Source: Camelus dromedarius (Eukaryota). Taken from it: a DNA stretch of 64,000 nt. Position 1 is the stretch's first letter, and each line of letters opens with the position of its first letter. Both the position numbers and the translations under genes were made by a program. The stretch spans positions 53,756,001 to 53,820,000 of the forward strand of contig NC_087436.1 of NCBI RefSeq assembly GCF_036321535.1, read 5' to 3'. The notes under the pieces were generated by a model, which had not been told where the DNA came from, did no database searches, and saw only the letters and a list, made by a program, of their open reading frames with translations. Below are positions 24,962 to 38,389 of this stretch, piece by piece.

Positions 24962-26419
24962 TTATTTGCCTTCTGGGAACATTATGCAGTGTTGCTAGTG
25001 TTTGATGTTTCAAGAAGAGTTGAAAAGTCAAAATTTTGTGTGAAATCTTTCCATTTTTAAATACTGGCCTTTCATCCAAAAAAAAATTTTAATGCTATTG
25101 GTCAGATAGAACATCTCTCTCAAGCATGACCCATGGGACACTGTTCTGAAACCACCATCATAGAGACCACAGTAGAAGGAGCAGGATTGGAAGGGAAGGA
25201 GCAGAGGTTTCCCCCGTTCCTTTTATTTGGAAAACCAAGTCATTGTTAAAATGGTGGGAGCTTGAGAAGTACAAATGCCAGTCATTTGATCCGGATAACT
25301 GTATTCATATAAATTCTACAGTCATAGTGACAAAAATGACTTGTTTTCATTAAAGGCAAGCATTTGATCCCTGATCTGAGGGCTGCACATCTATATAAAA
25401 TGAGACACTTGGACATCCACAGCTCTGATCTCAATGGGACAGGTGATTTCCTGCACACTAATGGAACAGAAAGACAATTGAGCATTATTAGATAGGAGAG
25501 AATGTTCTCACACACAGGAAAACAGCTTTTTCCTTTGGAAAAAGAAACATGATAAAGAACAGAAAATGACTGACAGAATCAGAGCTTCCCAAATGTCAGA
25601 AGAGCTGTTTCAGCCACACTCTGGCCTCTGTTAGGGAAGATCAGGATAGTTTTTAGACAAGTATTGAACATACCTTAGCATTAGCTGACTCAGGGAGCAA
25701 TTTGCTGGTAAAATAAGCCTGCTTTTGGAGCGTGTCAAAAAGCTAAGATGCTGCTTGGGCTTTTTGTATTTAAACAAAGCAAACACTTCGGTAAAGCTTA
25801 ATTTGTACATACTCCCAGAAGAGTTTAGTAAGCAGAACCACTTTAGTATAAAACCCTCCTTCCTTCGTTATTCAACAAATACCAACCCAGGTGCTGGACG
25901 CTGAGGGGGTTGTGGGAAAGACAGCCAAGGTCACTTTACCACATTGCTTTACAGACCAGAGGACAAAACAGACATTAATCTCATAATGAAAATACACTCT
26001 GTTGCATGTTGTGTCGGAGGAGGTAGAGGTGCTGCGGGAGCTTCACCCCAGTGACTTGAGGAAGGCACTCAGAGAACCAAAAATGTCTAGCAGTTCACTA
26101 GTTCAAGGTGGTGGGCTGGGAGCCGACTTTGGGCTGTTTATTACTGAAGTGATAATATAAGAATTATTTTTCACACAGTTCCAATCCAGGTTTGGATTCC
26201 CCTTTCACTTTCCAAATTATTATAGTACACGCTGAAAAAAAGTCAGCTTACAGTTGTAGTAGAGCCATAAAGTAGAAGAAAATAAGCATTTCTTAGAACA
26301 TAGTAATAGTGGGCTCTTTGGCCCAAAGTGTAAATCTTGTGTTCTCATCTCACTTCTTTTGTCACATAAGCTATTTAAAGCCAAATAATGAGAGTATATG
26401 GCAGGCAAGGTTGTGGTCA

Positions 26420-27190
26420 ATATGTGGAAAACAACCTGGCACTTCCTCAAATGGCTACACATCAAGTTAACATATGACCTAGTGATTCTGCTCCTAGGTG
26501 TATAACCAGAGAAATAAAAACATAAGTCCACACAAAAACTTACACATGAATGTTTATTCATAACAATCATAGTAGCCAAAAGGTAGAAACAACCAAAATG
26601 CCAATCAGTTGACATTTGGATATACAAGTGTGGTATATCCATACAGTGGAGTATTACTTGGCCATAAAAAGGAACAAAGTACAGATACATGCTACAGCAT
26701 GGATGAACCTTGGAAACACTGCTATGAAATAAGCCAGACACAAAACAACATATTATATAATCCATTTATATGAAATACATAGAATAGGCAAATCTATAGA
26801 GATAGAAAATAGATTTGTGCTGGGCGGAGGAATAGGAGGATGCAGGGGGGTCATAGTTAAAGGGCACAAAGTTTCTTTTGGGGGTGATGAAAATATTCTA
26901 AAATTGACTGTGGTGTGTGGAGAAGGTAAAGCTCAAGTGGTAGAGTGCATGCTTAGCATGCATGAGGTCCTGGGTTCAATCCCCAGTACTTCCTCTAAGA
27001 ATAAGTAAGTAAACCTTATTACCTTCCCCCACAAAAAATAATAATAATAAAGTAATAAAATTGACTGTGGTGATGGTTGCACATTTCTATGAATATACTG
27101 AAAATCATTGAATTGTATACTTTAGATAGGTGACTATTATGGTGTGTGAATTTTATCTCAATAAAGCTGTTAAAAAAAGAAAGAAAGAAA
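26420..27190 (+). mobile_element. L1MB-like 3' end, interrupted by a SINE
   Basis: tggatatacaagtgtggtatatccatacagtggagtattac...tctcaataaagctgttaaaaaaa. Confidence 0.85.
26916..27055 (+). mobile_element. tRNA-Ala-derived SINE (Vic-1-like)
   Basis: A box agctcaagtgg, B box ggttcaatccc; 17-bp TSD taaaattgactgtggtg (26899-26915 / 27056-27072). Confidence 0.9.
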
Positions 27191-29191
27191 AGAAAACAGA
27201 ACACATGGCAGGCACCCAGTTCTTCCTCACCAGGTGTTGGAGCTGGCCAACCTGGGAGATGTGGGCTTTGGCTCATGGGGCGGGAGCACGGCCCTGCTCT
27301 TCCCCGTGAAGGTCTTTGGCATTTGCCTTCTTTTCCTTCTATTCATTTTTTTAATTCTTCCCCCACAAACACCAGGAATACTTAGGTGTCATTTTTCCCC
27401 CTTTGTTTTAAACCTTTATCCATCAGTCACTGATAATGTATTTGAAGTGTAATATTTTTAATTTGGTTTGGAATTGCGATGCCTTCCCTTCTGTACTACA
27501 ACCTGAGACCCTCATTTTCAAATTTCAGCACTGCTATTAACCATCCCCACATGTTTACATTTCAGCCTTTTTCCCATGACTTTAACCTTGTTCCTCCTCC
27601 ATTTATCTATGGAATCAGCTCCATGGAATGGTTGATAACTCATCAGTCAGCCACGATGATTAGTCCCCCTCTCCAGGGACCCGAGATGGGACTGAGGTCA
27701 GACGTGACTGATCTGATGATCCCAAACGAGTCAGTGACAGCAAACATTTTAGATGTCAGAAAAACTGGTGAAAATTAATATTGGTGTTGATACATAGACA
27801 TGATCTAAGGGTTTTAAGTAAAAAAAAAAAAAATCAAAAATTTACAAAACCACACAATTATTTGGCCATACTATCCCATCCCCTCATTTAATATAATGAA
27901 ATTAAAATTTTTACATCTGGCTTGTTCAGCAATCTTGGCAAGTAACTGCAAGTTAGAGGATCCAAAAGTCATAAATGTTTGATTTTTTAATGTATCCCAT
28001 TTGTGGCCGGAGATTTACCTTTCTGCTCATGTAATACGTATCTTAATATTAAATTGTATGCATTCTATAAACATACAAGATTGGTGGTGGGAAGTCAGCC
28101 AAGAGTAAACGAGGAGTTCATGGGAAAATCTCCTTACTTTCAAAATTTTGCTGGAGCTAATTTGCAAAGAGAATAACCCACATGTGGATTATTGAGGGTT
28201 AGCTCTGTAATCCCCAAAGAACAAAACACTGGGTAATGATTCCTATTGAGAGAGATATACTGCCAGTTTCTGTATTTAAGGGCTTTTCCATATATTATCT
28301 CAAATTCTTAAACAAATGTACAAGGTGGGTGAGAGTCTCCACACTTTCTAGATGAGGAACAGGCCCAAAGAATTTAATCTGCCCAAGGCCATAGAGATGT
28401 CACAGACTTGACAGACCTGGGCTTATCCACTGCACAACATTGGCTCCTTTGTCCATTCATTCATCTGTTCAGTCATGATTGTAGTGTACAAAGAACTGCC
28501 TTGACTCTGGGATAGTATCTGTGGGTAACAATTAACAAAACAATTTAAAGGAAGAACAAGTTAGAGGTTAGCATCTTGATTGTAAACAGTTTAAATGGCA
28601 AAGCATAAAAGGAAAGGATTACTTAGCAGAGGCTAACCTCTATATAAGAAACAATCATTTCCCAAAATCAAAGATGTCTAGTCAATAGGTGACAGTCTTC
28701 CAGAAAATCCCAGCTGGGTCTCTGAGTTGCAGCTGTGACATCTCCGTCTCCACGCCTGCCGAGCTGCTTTAGATGTTAGTCTAAAAGAAGTGATTTTTCT
28801 TTGATATGTAAAGTTCAAAGGAACTTTGTTAGACTGGAGTTTACTTACAAGCTGAATAACAGCATACAGGTGAAAAGAATTCTGAATGACTGATAAGCAG
28901 TGGTCCCACCCGAACTGTAAATATTTGGGCAAAATCAGGAAAGCACGAAATGACAAAGGAGCAATGAAGGGAAATGGACCACCCGGGAGCCTGGAAATGG
29001 ACTTTGATGCCCTTTGTTTTTCTTATATAATCAGCCAAGACAAATAATAACAAAGTAGAATTATTTTGTCTCTTGGTCTCATGTGCAGGCTTGATAGCCA
29101 TTCAACTCATACAAGATACAACCCTAGAGTTCTTCCTAAGAGGCGAGATCTCACCAATGTCTTTTTATTATTGTTATTATTATTATCACTA

Positions 29192-29661
29192 CAGGTTGTT
29201 TGTTTTCTTGCAGTTTGTTTTATTGAGCTTCATCGATAATGCATTTTTTACAAATTGAAGGTTTGTGGCATCCCTGTGTCAAACAAGTCTATTAGCACCA
29301 TTTTTCCAACAGCATTTGTTCACTTCATGTCTCTGTCACATTTTGGTAATTCTTGCAATATTTCATACTTTATTATTATTATTTATTATGATGATCTATG
29401 ATTAATGATCTTTTATGTTACTACTATGACTCACTGAAATCTCAGATGATGATTAGAATTTTTTACCAATAAAGTATTTTTTAATTAAGGTATGTACATT
29501 TTTTAGACATAATGCTGTCACACACTTAAGCTACAGTATAGCATAAACATAATTTTAAGTGCACTGGGCAACCAAAAAATTTATGTGACCCACTTTTAAG
29601 TAATATTTGCTTTATTGTGGTGGTCTGGAACTGAACCTGCGATATCTACGAGATATTCCTA
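29192..29661 (+). mobile_element. Internally deleted Tigger1 (TcMar DNA transposon)
   Basis: ttttttacaaattgaaggtttgtggca...ccatttttccaacagca left end and ggtctggaactgaacctgcgatatct right end; TA flanks. Confidence 0.85.
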
Positions 29662-29864
29662 TATAATAATAGTAATTATTATTATTAATTTTAAAAGAGA
29701 AAAGCCATTCCCATCTACCTCATTCTTACACCACCATGTTGGAAAACCTCTCCCTTTGATGGATTAAGAATGGAGATATTCCATGAAATGTCCCTTGCAG
29801 AAGAGTGGGAAGGCTGCTGAACCTACCTCCCTAGCTTCCAACTCTACATTCTAGGCTAGGGAAA

Positions 29865-30350
29865 TGTGGTTGGCAGAATAAAGACCCCCCCCCAAAGATG
29901 TCCACATTTTAATCCCCACAACTTGTGAATATGTATGTTACCTTACATGGCAAAAGGGACTCTGCACATGTGATAGAGTTAAGGACTTTGAGCTGAGAGA
30001 GTATCCTGGGTCATCCAGGTGGGCCCTGAAAAGTGGAGAACCTTTGCCAGCTGAGATCAGAAAGAGACGTGCTGATGGAAGAAATGCTACATTGCTGGCC
30101 TTGAAGATGGAGAAAAGGGGACATGAGCCAAGGAAAAATGTGGGCACCCCCTAGAATCTGGCAAAGGCAAGAAAATGAATTCTTCCCTAAACCTCTAGAA
30201 AGGAACACAGTCCTGCCGACACCTTGATTTTTTAGCTCATGAGCCCATGTTGGTCTTTTAACCTACAGAACTGTAAGATATTATGTTTGTGCTGTTTAAG
30301 GCCACCAAATTAACGGTAATTTGTTTCAAAAGCATGAGAAGGAGAGAACA
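29865..30350 (+). mobile_element. MLT1D-like MaLR LTR
   Basis: tgtggttggcagaataa...cccaaagatgtccacat...cctgccgacaccttgatttt. Confidence 0.8.
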
Positions 30351-30419
30351 AATCAAGGCAGTTAGAAAATCTGACCTCTTTTAAATTTTTAGATTTTTTT
30401 TTACTTTTTAAATTACTTT

Positions 30420-30508
30420 ATTTTATTTTTTAATGAAGGTACCGGGGATTGAACCCAGGACTTCATGCATGCTAAGCATGTGCTCCACCACTGTGCTATA
30501 CCCACCCC
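30420..30508 (-). mobile_element. tRNA-Ala-derived SINE (short form) in an L1 tail
   Basis: ggtaccggggattgaacccaggacttcatgcatgctaagcatgtgctccaccactg. Confidence 0.85.
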
Positions 30509-30509
30509 A

Positions 30510-32212
30510 ATTTTATTTTTGTTTTTTGAATTTAACTATAGTTGATTTACAATTCTTTGTTAGTTTTGACTTAAGATTCTTTTCCATTAAACGTTAATAC
30601 AGGATATTGAATATAGTTCCCTGTGCTATATAGTAAGTCCTTGTTGTTCATCTGTTTTATACACAGTGGTTTGTATCTGCTAATCCCATACTCCTAATTT
30701 ATCCTTCCCACTCCCCTTCCCTCTTTGGTAACCATAAGATTGTTTTCTATGTCTGCAAGTCTGTTTCTATTTTGTAAATAAGTTCATTCATATTATATTT
30801 TTAGATTCCACATATAAGTGATACATATAATATTTGTCTTTCTCTGTCTGACTTACTTCACTTAGTATGATAATCTCTAGGTCCATCTATGTTGCTGCAA
30901 ATGGCATTATTTCATTATTTTTTATGGCTGAGTAGTATTCAGTCATGTTTATATATACTACACCTTTTTTTAATCCAGTCATCTGTCAGTGGATAGGTTG
31001 CTTCCATGTCTTGGCTATTGTGAATAGTGCTATTATAAATGTTGCTGTGCAGGTATCTTTTTGAATTAGAGTTTTTGTCTTTTCTGAATATATGCCCAGG
31101 AGTGGGATTGCTAGACATATGGTAACTCTATTTTTAGTTTTTTTAAGGAACTTCCATACTGTTCTCCATAGAGGCTGCACCAAACTACATTCCCATCAGC
31201 AGTGTAGGAGGGTTCCCTTTTCTCCACACCCTTTCTAGCATTTATTATTTGTAGACTTTTTCATGATGGCCGTTCTGACTGGTGTGAGGTGATATCTCAT
31301 TGATTTGCATTTCTCTAATAATTAGTGATGTTCAGGATCTTTTCATGTGCCTGTTGGCCACCTGGATGTCTTCTTTGGAGAAATGTCTATTTAGATCTTC
31401 TGCCCATTTTTTGATTGGGTTGTTTGTTTTTTTGATATTGAGTTGTATGAGCTGTCTGTATATTTTGGAAATTAAGCCCCTGATAAGTCATATTATTTGT
31501 GAATATTTTCTCTCATTCAATAGATTTTATTTCCATTTTGTTTATGATTTCCTTTGCTGTGCAAAAGCTTAAAAGTTTGATTAGGTCCCATTTGTTTTTG
31601 CTTTTATTTCTTTTGCCTTGGGAGACTGATCTATGAAAATGTTTACTCTGCTTTACATCAGAGAATATTTTGCCCATGTTCTTTTCTAGGAATTTTATGG
31701 TGTCCTGTTTTATATTTAAGTCTTTAAGCCATTTTGAGTTTATTTTTGTGTATGGTGTGAGGGAGTGTTCTAACTTCATTAATTGACATGTGGCTGTCCA
31801 GTTTTCTCAACACCACTTGCTGAGGAGACTGTCTTTTCTCCCTTGTATATTCTCACTTCCTTTGTCGAAGATTAATTGACTGTAGGTGGGTAGGTTTATT
31901 TCTGGGCTCTCTATTCTGTTCCATTGATCCATATGTCTGTTTTTGTGTCAATAACATAATATTTTGATTACTGTTGCTTTGTAGTATTGCCTGAAGTCTG
32001 GAGGTTATGTTCTTTGTTCTTTTTCTTCAGTATTGCTTTGGCAATTCTAGGTCTTTTGTGAGTCCGTATACACTTTAGGATTATTTGTTTTAAGTCTGTG
32101 AAAATATCCTGGATAATTTGATAGGGACAGAGTCACATTAAATCTGTAGGTTGCTTTGGGTAGTATGGCCATTTTAACAAAATTTATTCTTCCAGTCCAA
32201 GAACAGGATCTA
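30510..32212 (-). mobile_element. 5'-truncated L1 (~1.7 kb, ORF2 C-terminal region disrupted)
   Basis: ORF pieces MKLEHSLTPYTKINSKWLKDLNIK...KWDLIKL, CSWTGRINFVKMAILPKA.YRFN and [14 protein letters not shown]...PLLGIY are L1 ORF2 motifs in broken frames. Confidence 0.93.
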
Positions 32213-33157
32213 TCTGATAATCTGGTGTCTTTCTCAGCATATCCCTCCACCCTATGGCTCCAGCAGTGGCATACTCCTAGATGAGGAAGAACACTCATGT
32301 AATCTCTAGCTTCTCAGACTAAAGTCAATACCTGTTAAAGTCCTTGTTACTTTTTTTGATTTATTAGATTGTTTCTTTGTTTTCATACTCACTAAAAATA
32401 GATCACTTGTTAATGCCTTTGAAATTTATTTATTTGCCTTTCCTCTATCTGAAGATCTAAGAGAGTAATTTAATTATTAACCAGAAGGTTGCTCCTATTT
32501 TTATAAAGAAATCTACCCAGTAAATAAGGGGTTGCTCTTACCTTAACACCAATGGCTTCAGTTGAACCAAAGAATACAAAACCACACAGAATTTAGTGAG
32601 CTTACAAACTAGCATAATCATTATTATCACTATGACAAATACAGACTTAGACATTTTCCAATTTATTATCATCAATACTAAAAACAAACCTTGTGTACTT
32701 TCCATTTATAAATATGTTAAGAAAATCCTTTGGGCTGAGGCCTACAGGAAAATCAGGTACAAAGTAACAGCTCAAATTAACTTTTAGTGGGTAGGTTCTT
32801 ATCTCACAGACCTTTCTGGATTGAAGAAAACCAAGTTCTCTGACTCCCTCAGTTAAATAAATCAGGTAGACATTATCTTGTCTTTGAGGATCATCTTCTA
32901 TCCTTTATGTTAGACACACAGGGCAGAGAAAATGCTTGTATTTTGTACTTGTAGCTTATTATTTCCATCTTCACTACCACTTCCCAACTCTTCTAATGAT
33001 TCCTCTCATTTACTCCCTCTTTCCATTTCATCACAGCCAACCATTGCCCCAAAGGGTTGTCTAAACTTTATTCCTTACTGCCAAAGTATAAATGATCAAA
33101 AACCAAATATATAAAGACTACACCTGTAATGAAGCTTTTGATCATTCATTTGGCATC

Positions 33158-34368
33158 CTGAAAGTTAGGTTTACTGAGAAAAGAAAGAAATGTAAGCTTC
33201 AAGGTCCCTCTCATGAAGGGATCCTCTTATGTGTGGGCTCCTTCTAAGGTCCTGGGAAGGATTCTGACACATTCACACAGTTACAGATTTTTGTAAACTT
33301 GGCAAAAGTAAAATACTTTTATTTATCACACTGCAGTCAGGTGGTGCTTCCGAGACATGAGCATTTTGGAGTCTGATTAGGGGGAAGTTGAGTTGGCACA
33401 GTAAGTTTTGCTTTAGTGGGATATGTTTATGAGGGTCCCAATCACTCCTTCATATAGTTAAGCTACTCCTGGCTGACTTGGGACAACTCACCAGGTGTTG
33501 TGACTTGAAGGACCAGGGTCGGAGGTCATGTCGGGATAAGAATGTGTCCTGCAGTACCTTGCACTGGAAGCATGTGGGGAGTAGAGAGAAACAAGGTTTG
33601 CAGTGATTAGAACCAGAAGTAATTCTGTGGAAATTTCCTCCAACCATCAGATGTGTAAAATTATAAGCAGAGGATTCAGTTATCATCAATGCCTCATCAA
33701 GGCAGAAATTCTCTCCTGTCAGGAATATACTTAATAATACATTGTATATAAACTCCAAATACATTTTTATGGAAATAATCTAAAATAGATTTTATTAGAA
33801 TTCCTGTCTTACTGGTTCACAATCCTGTAACAGCAAGTACATCTGTGTGTGAAGCTGCGTGTTTTATGCGTCCTGTTTATCAATAATGAAACAGGAATTT
33901 TGACCAGCCACGCCAGAGGAAGATAAATTTCTTTTCCTTCTATTGAAAACCATGCTGCAAACTTGGTGCCATATTGAGAGGTGATCAAAAAATGTGCAGC
34001 CAAAATATGTAGGAAAAAAGCATTATAAAAGGATACGAAATAATTAAAAAACAAGAATGTTATACATTTTTTGATTTAGGGGGATAGATAGTGTTCATCA
34101 TCTTTCTAATGTTTGTAGTTTGTTTTAATTTCCTTTTATTCCAAGTAAATATTTACTTCTGTACCTAATTTTGTATTTATAATTTTACACTTTTATGTGG
34201 GGGGGTAATTAGGTTTATTTATTTATTTAATGGAGGTACTGGGGATTGAACCCAGGACCTCGTGTATGCTAAACATGCATTCTACCACTGAGTTATACCC
34301 TCCCCTGCCCTGATACTTTTAGAGAAGATTAAATAAACTTAAGGCCCCATGAAGCTTAGATCCATTCA
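33158..34368 (+). mobile_element. hAT-Tip100 DNA transposon remnant (Zaphod-like)
   Basis: taagcttcaaggtccctc near the left end and aggccccatgaagcttagatcc at the right; decayed hAT dimerisation-domain-like sequence at 33880-34020. Confidence 0.6.
34197..34305 (-). mobile_element. tRNA-Ala-derived SINE (Vic-1-like)
   Basis: gggggtaattaggtttatttattt...ggtactggggattgaacccagg...ccactgagttataccctcccc. Confidence 0.9.
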
Positions 34369-34633
34369 GGCATCCCATTCTAATCATTAAGTACGCCAAT
34401 TTGGCAATCTAGGATGGAGACCTTTATTGTTCATTGAAGGCCTTTGGGTTGCTTGGTTATCTCTTATGTCTAAATCCACTGGGAAAATAAGAGAAGATGA
34501 ACTAACAAAACATTGTGATACTTCTGAGAGCAAGGTGTACATCCTGTGCACAACTGTCAAACAAACATTAATTAGCATCCGAGTCCTTTTCTCAATCTCT
34601 GCTTTCAGGGGAACCCAAAGTAAGAAATACGCC

Positions 34634-35090
34634 TGTATTAGTTTGCTCTGGCTGCAAAAACAAAGTAGCACAGACTGGTGGCTTAAATAACAGAAATGCT
34701 TGTCTCACAGTTCGGGAGGCTAGACATCTGAGATTGATGGGTTGGCAGGGCTGGTTCCTTCTGAGGGCTGGGAGGGAGAATCAGCTCCAGGCCTCTCTCC
34801 TGTCTTCTGGTGGTTTGCGGCAATCATTGGCATTCCTTGGCTTGTAGTTTCTTAGTTTCGATCTCTGTCTTCATCTTCACGTGGCATTCTCCCTGTGTAT
34901 GTGTCTTTGGGCCCAAATTTCCCCTTTTTATAAGGATACAAGTCATACTCCATTAGGGCCGACTCTAATGACTTTGTCATAACCAATTACATCTACAAAA
35001 ACCCTCCTTCCAAATAAGGTCACATTCTGAGGTAATGGGGGTTAGGGCTTTAACGTGTCTTTTGGTGGGGACATAATCCAACCCATAACA
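34634..35090 (-). mobile_element. MLT1C-like MaLR LTR
   Basis: tgtattagtttgct...acccataaca; TSD acgcc/atgcc. Confidence 0.85.
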
Positions 35091-36617
35091 ATGCCTAAAA
35101 TTTTTTGTTCTTTTCTTCATTATAAAAGCAAGAACAATGATACCCAATGCTGATGAGAACACAAGAAAGTGATCATTTGTATGTACTGCTATCAGGAATG
35201 TTAATCAGATCATTAGAAGCATAGAATTTAAGTTCATACTAGAATGTGAACTCCAAAAAGTCAGAAACCTCGCCTGTCTTCTTCTGTACTGTGACTTCAG
35301 CTGTGAAAATAGAGCTTAGCACACTATAGTCACTCAACACATATTTGTTTTAAATTAATGTATGCTCTTCATATGCCTGTACTGAACCATTAATTTTGAT
35401 AATGATTAGTAACCCAGACCAAAGTATTGCCAAATGCCAGCATCTTGACTAAATAGATGGAAAGGGTCCATCCAGCCTGAAAATCCATCCAGATGAATAA
35501 TTTAGGTCTTTATAAAAATAATAGAATTTATTAAATATGATGGAATTCATACAATGGAACAAAAGCTATAATCATACTTAATTTCACTGTGTGGGAAACA
35601 TATGTACATTATATATTCAGTAAACCAAAAGTAAGTTTTCCAATTCCTTCTCCACTAAAGAACTGGTAAAAAATTTTTAGCCTAGCTTAATCTTTTTCAC
35701 CTTTCAAATTTCACTTAAAATTTTGAATCCCAGAGAAACCTAAAGGATTCTCTGATCCTCTGAATTAGGTTAGGTTCTCCTGCTACTTACTCTCACAGAC
35801 TTCAAAACTTCTCTTTTGTTAGTACGTATCACATTTGAACTTAAATAATAATTTGTGTTATTATTGTTTCAATCTTAGCTTTGCTACCATTATATGTTCT
35901 ATGAAAGAAGATCTTCGTTTTTTTCACTAAGGTAACCCCCAATACTTGCTTTGTGCCTGGCATATATTTGGTGCTCAATAAATATTTGATGAATCAACTG
36001 ATAAATTAATGAGAGAGTGAGTGAATAAACCAACATGCATGGAAGTGTGACTTAGTGGGCAGTCTCTAGTCTGGTCTAGATTCCTCTGTTCTGCTGCTCA
36101 TCTTCATCTGCTTCCTATGCTAGTTTTGCAAGAATGTCATTTTCTGGCCCTTATTTCTCTGCAAAAAGTCTGTCTTTGCTTTGAGTTTGCTCAAAATAGT
36201 AGTCTTTATCAATTTCATAGCAAAGGAAACTTTGTTTTCCTTCAGTAAGCTCTGCAAAATGCCTACCACTGCTTATTTATTGTCAGAGGAACCTCCCTTT
36301 CTATTGCAAGACCTTGAAGCTGTCTAGTCCCTTAATCTGGGTTCTCTGTGTTCCCTGATCAGTGGCCTCTAAGTTCTGCCTACATTGTGTGGAGAAAAGC
36401 TAAATTCTTCTCTTGGTGGACAGAGTAACTTACTGATTGGGGTCAGAGCTACAAAGAGATCTCCACTGGGCAGAAATATACACACAGTGAAACTGCTTTT
36501 GTAACGTTAAGAATTATTTCTGGCTGTAACAGGGAAGGCTGTTTTCTAATTTAACCACTTCAGGTCCACTGTATCCAAAATTTTTCTACTATTTCCATTT
36601 TGAAGCTTTTATAAATT

Positions 36618-36671
36618 ATGATATATATATATATATATCATATATATATATATATGATATATATATATATG
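36618..36671. repeat. Interrupted (TA)n microsatellite
   Basis: atgatatatatatatatatatcatatatatatatatatgatatatatatatatg. Confidence 0.9.
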
Positions 36672-36789
36672 TAAAAAGCTTTCTCCATGTAAGAATTATT
36701 TCTTTAATCTAGTCTACAAGTGGAGATGCTGGGCCATCCATTGAGCATAGACTTTTTTTAAAAAATAAATCATTTTTTAAAAATTTAGT

Positions 36790-36922
36790 TTAGTCTTTTC
36801 TGGGGAGGTTGATAATTAGGTTTATTTATATTATTATTTTTTTTAATGGAAGTACTGGTGATTGAACCCAGGACCTTATGCCTGCTAAGCATGCACTCTA
36901 GCACTTGAGGTATACCCTCCCC
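36790..36922 (-). mobile_element. tRNA-Ala-derived SINE (Vic-1-like)
   Basis: taattaggtttattt...gtactggtgattgaacccaggacc...tgctaagcatgcactcta. Confidence 0.88.
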
Positions 36923-37009
36923 TCAAACATGGACCTTTTTTTAAAGGATCTTGATACAAATTCAAGTTGCTTATCTAAATGTCCATCAGAGCAAAAGAAG
37001 TACGTCTTA

Positions 37010-37350
37010 AAGACGTATTGTATGGTATCGCTTACATGTGGAATCTGAAAAATAAAACAAACTAGTAAATATAACAAAAACCAGACAGATTCACAAATAC
37101 GGAGAACAAACCATGGTTACCAGTGGGGAGAGGGTAGGGTACAGGATGAAGAGGTACAAACTACTATATATAAAATAAATAAGCTACAAGGATATAGTGT
37201 ACAGCATAGGGAATATAGCCAATATTTTATAACTATAAATGGAATATAACCTTTAAAAATTGTGAATCACTATTTTGTATATCTGAAATTACATGATATT
37301 GTAAATCAACTGTACCTCAATAAAAAAGGTAGTAAATAAATAGTAAAAAA
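37010..37350 (+). mobile_element. L1 3' end
   Basis: tatcgcttacatgtggaatct...gtacagcatagggaatatagccaatatttt...cctcaataaaaaa. Confidence 0.85.
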
Positions 37351-38389
37351 AAGATAGTGAAAAAGAGTCCTCTCTATTGAACTCTTCTCAAGACTGTATA
37401 TTATGATTTTTAAAAACTAATCTTTAGTAATAGTACTGGTGAAAAATTATAACAATTTGTTGTATTATTTCTTTGATAATTATCAAGAATGAACATGGTG
37501 GCATATAAGTTGACTAGCTGGCTTTTCTCTTTTGGGTAATAATATAATTTTTTAAATACTCTAATGACCAGTTACCACTGGGGTCCCATTGCTTTTCTGA
37601 TTAGTTTGCATAAATTTTTTATGTAGAAAATATATCAACTTTGATGTTTTATTGAAAATATTTTCCTGTTTTAATATTTACCACATAGTTATTTGTGCAT
37701 TGAATTTTTCATTTTTATTGATTCAAAATTGCTTGTCTTTTGCTTTATAATTTCTTCTGTTATTTCTAAGCTTAAGAAATCTTCCCCCTTGTAGAAGTTT
37801 TACAAATAGATGTCCATATTTTCTTCAAATATTTCTTTTGTCAGAACTTTAAATATTTAACTTTTTAATCAATCTAGAATTTACTTTGCTGTGTAGAATG
37901 AAGTGAGAGATCAATTTTGTTTTCATATGGCTCGACACTTGTCCCAACACCATTCATTGAATAATTTGTGCCTGCCCAACGGTTTAATATGCTTCCTTAT
38001 GGCATGTAGATTCTCCTAGGATCACTTTATGAGTATCAAAAGGAAAATTTCTTAGACGTATTTTTCTCAAGCACTTGCTACATTTTATTAACTTGCTGCA
38101 AGGACACCAGCCAGGTGACTGAAACAAGTACAAAAGAATAAAAATGGAGAGGTTGGATAGTGGGAGATAGAATGCTTACACAAGCATATAGATTATTTTT
38201 AAGAAAGAAAGATTTCATTTTCATTTTATAAGATCATAAAAACATGTCCATGTCATTTGTTACAAAAGAAAATGTGGTGAGATGACCCATTATCCTAGGT
38301 GTGCATTAAGCTTTTCTGGTATGTTTTAGAGTGATATTGTCAGTTAGTAAAAATGAATCATTGATACTTGGATGGGAGTTATATTAAAC

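Noticed and set aside
26220..26765. 181-aa ORF on the - strand
   Set aside because: Antisense reading of an L1MB 3' fragment
26916..26995. Possible tRNA-Ala gene (also the other SINE heads)
   Set aside because: Has A-rich tails, TSDs and a broken acceptor stem, so it is a SINE and not a functional tRNA
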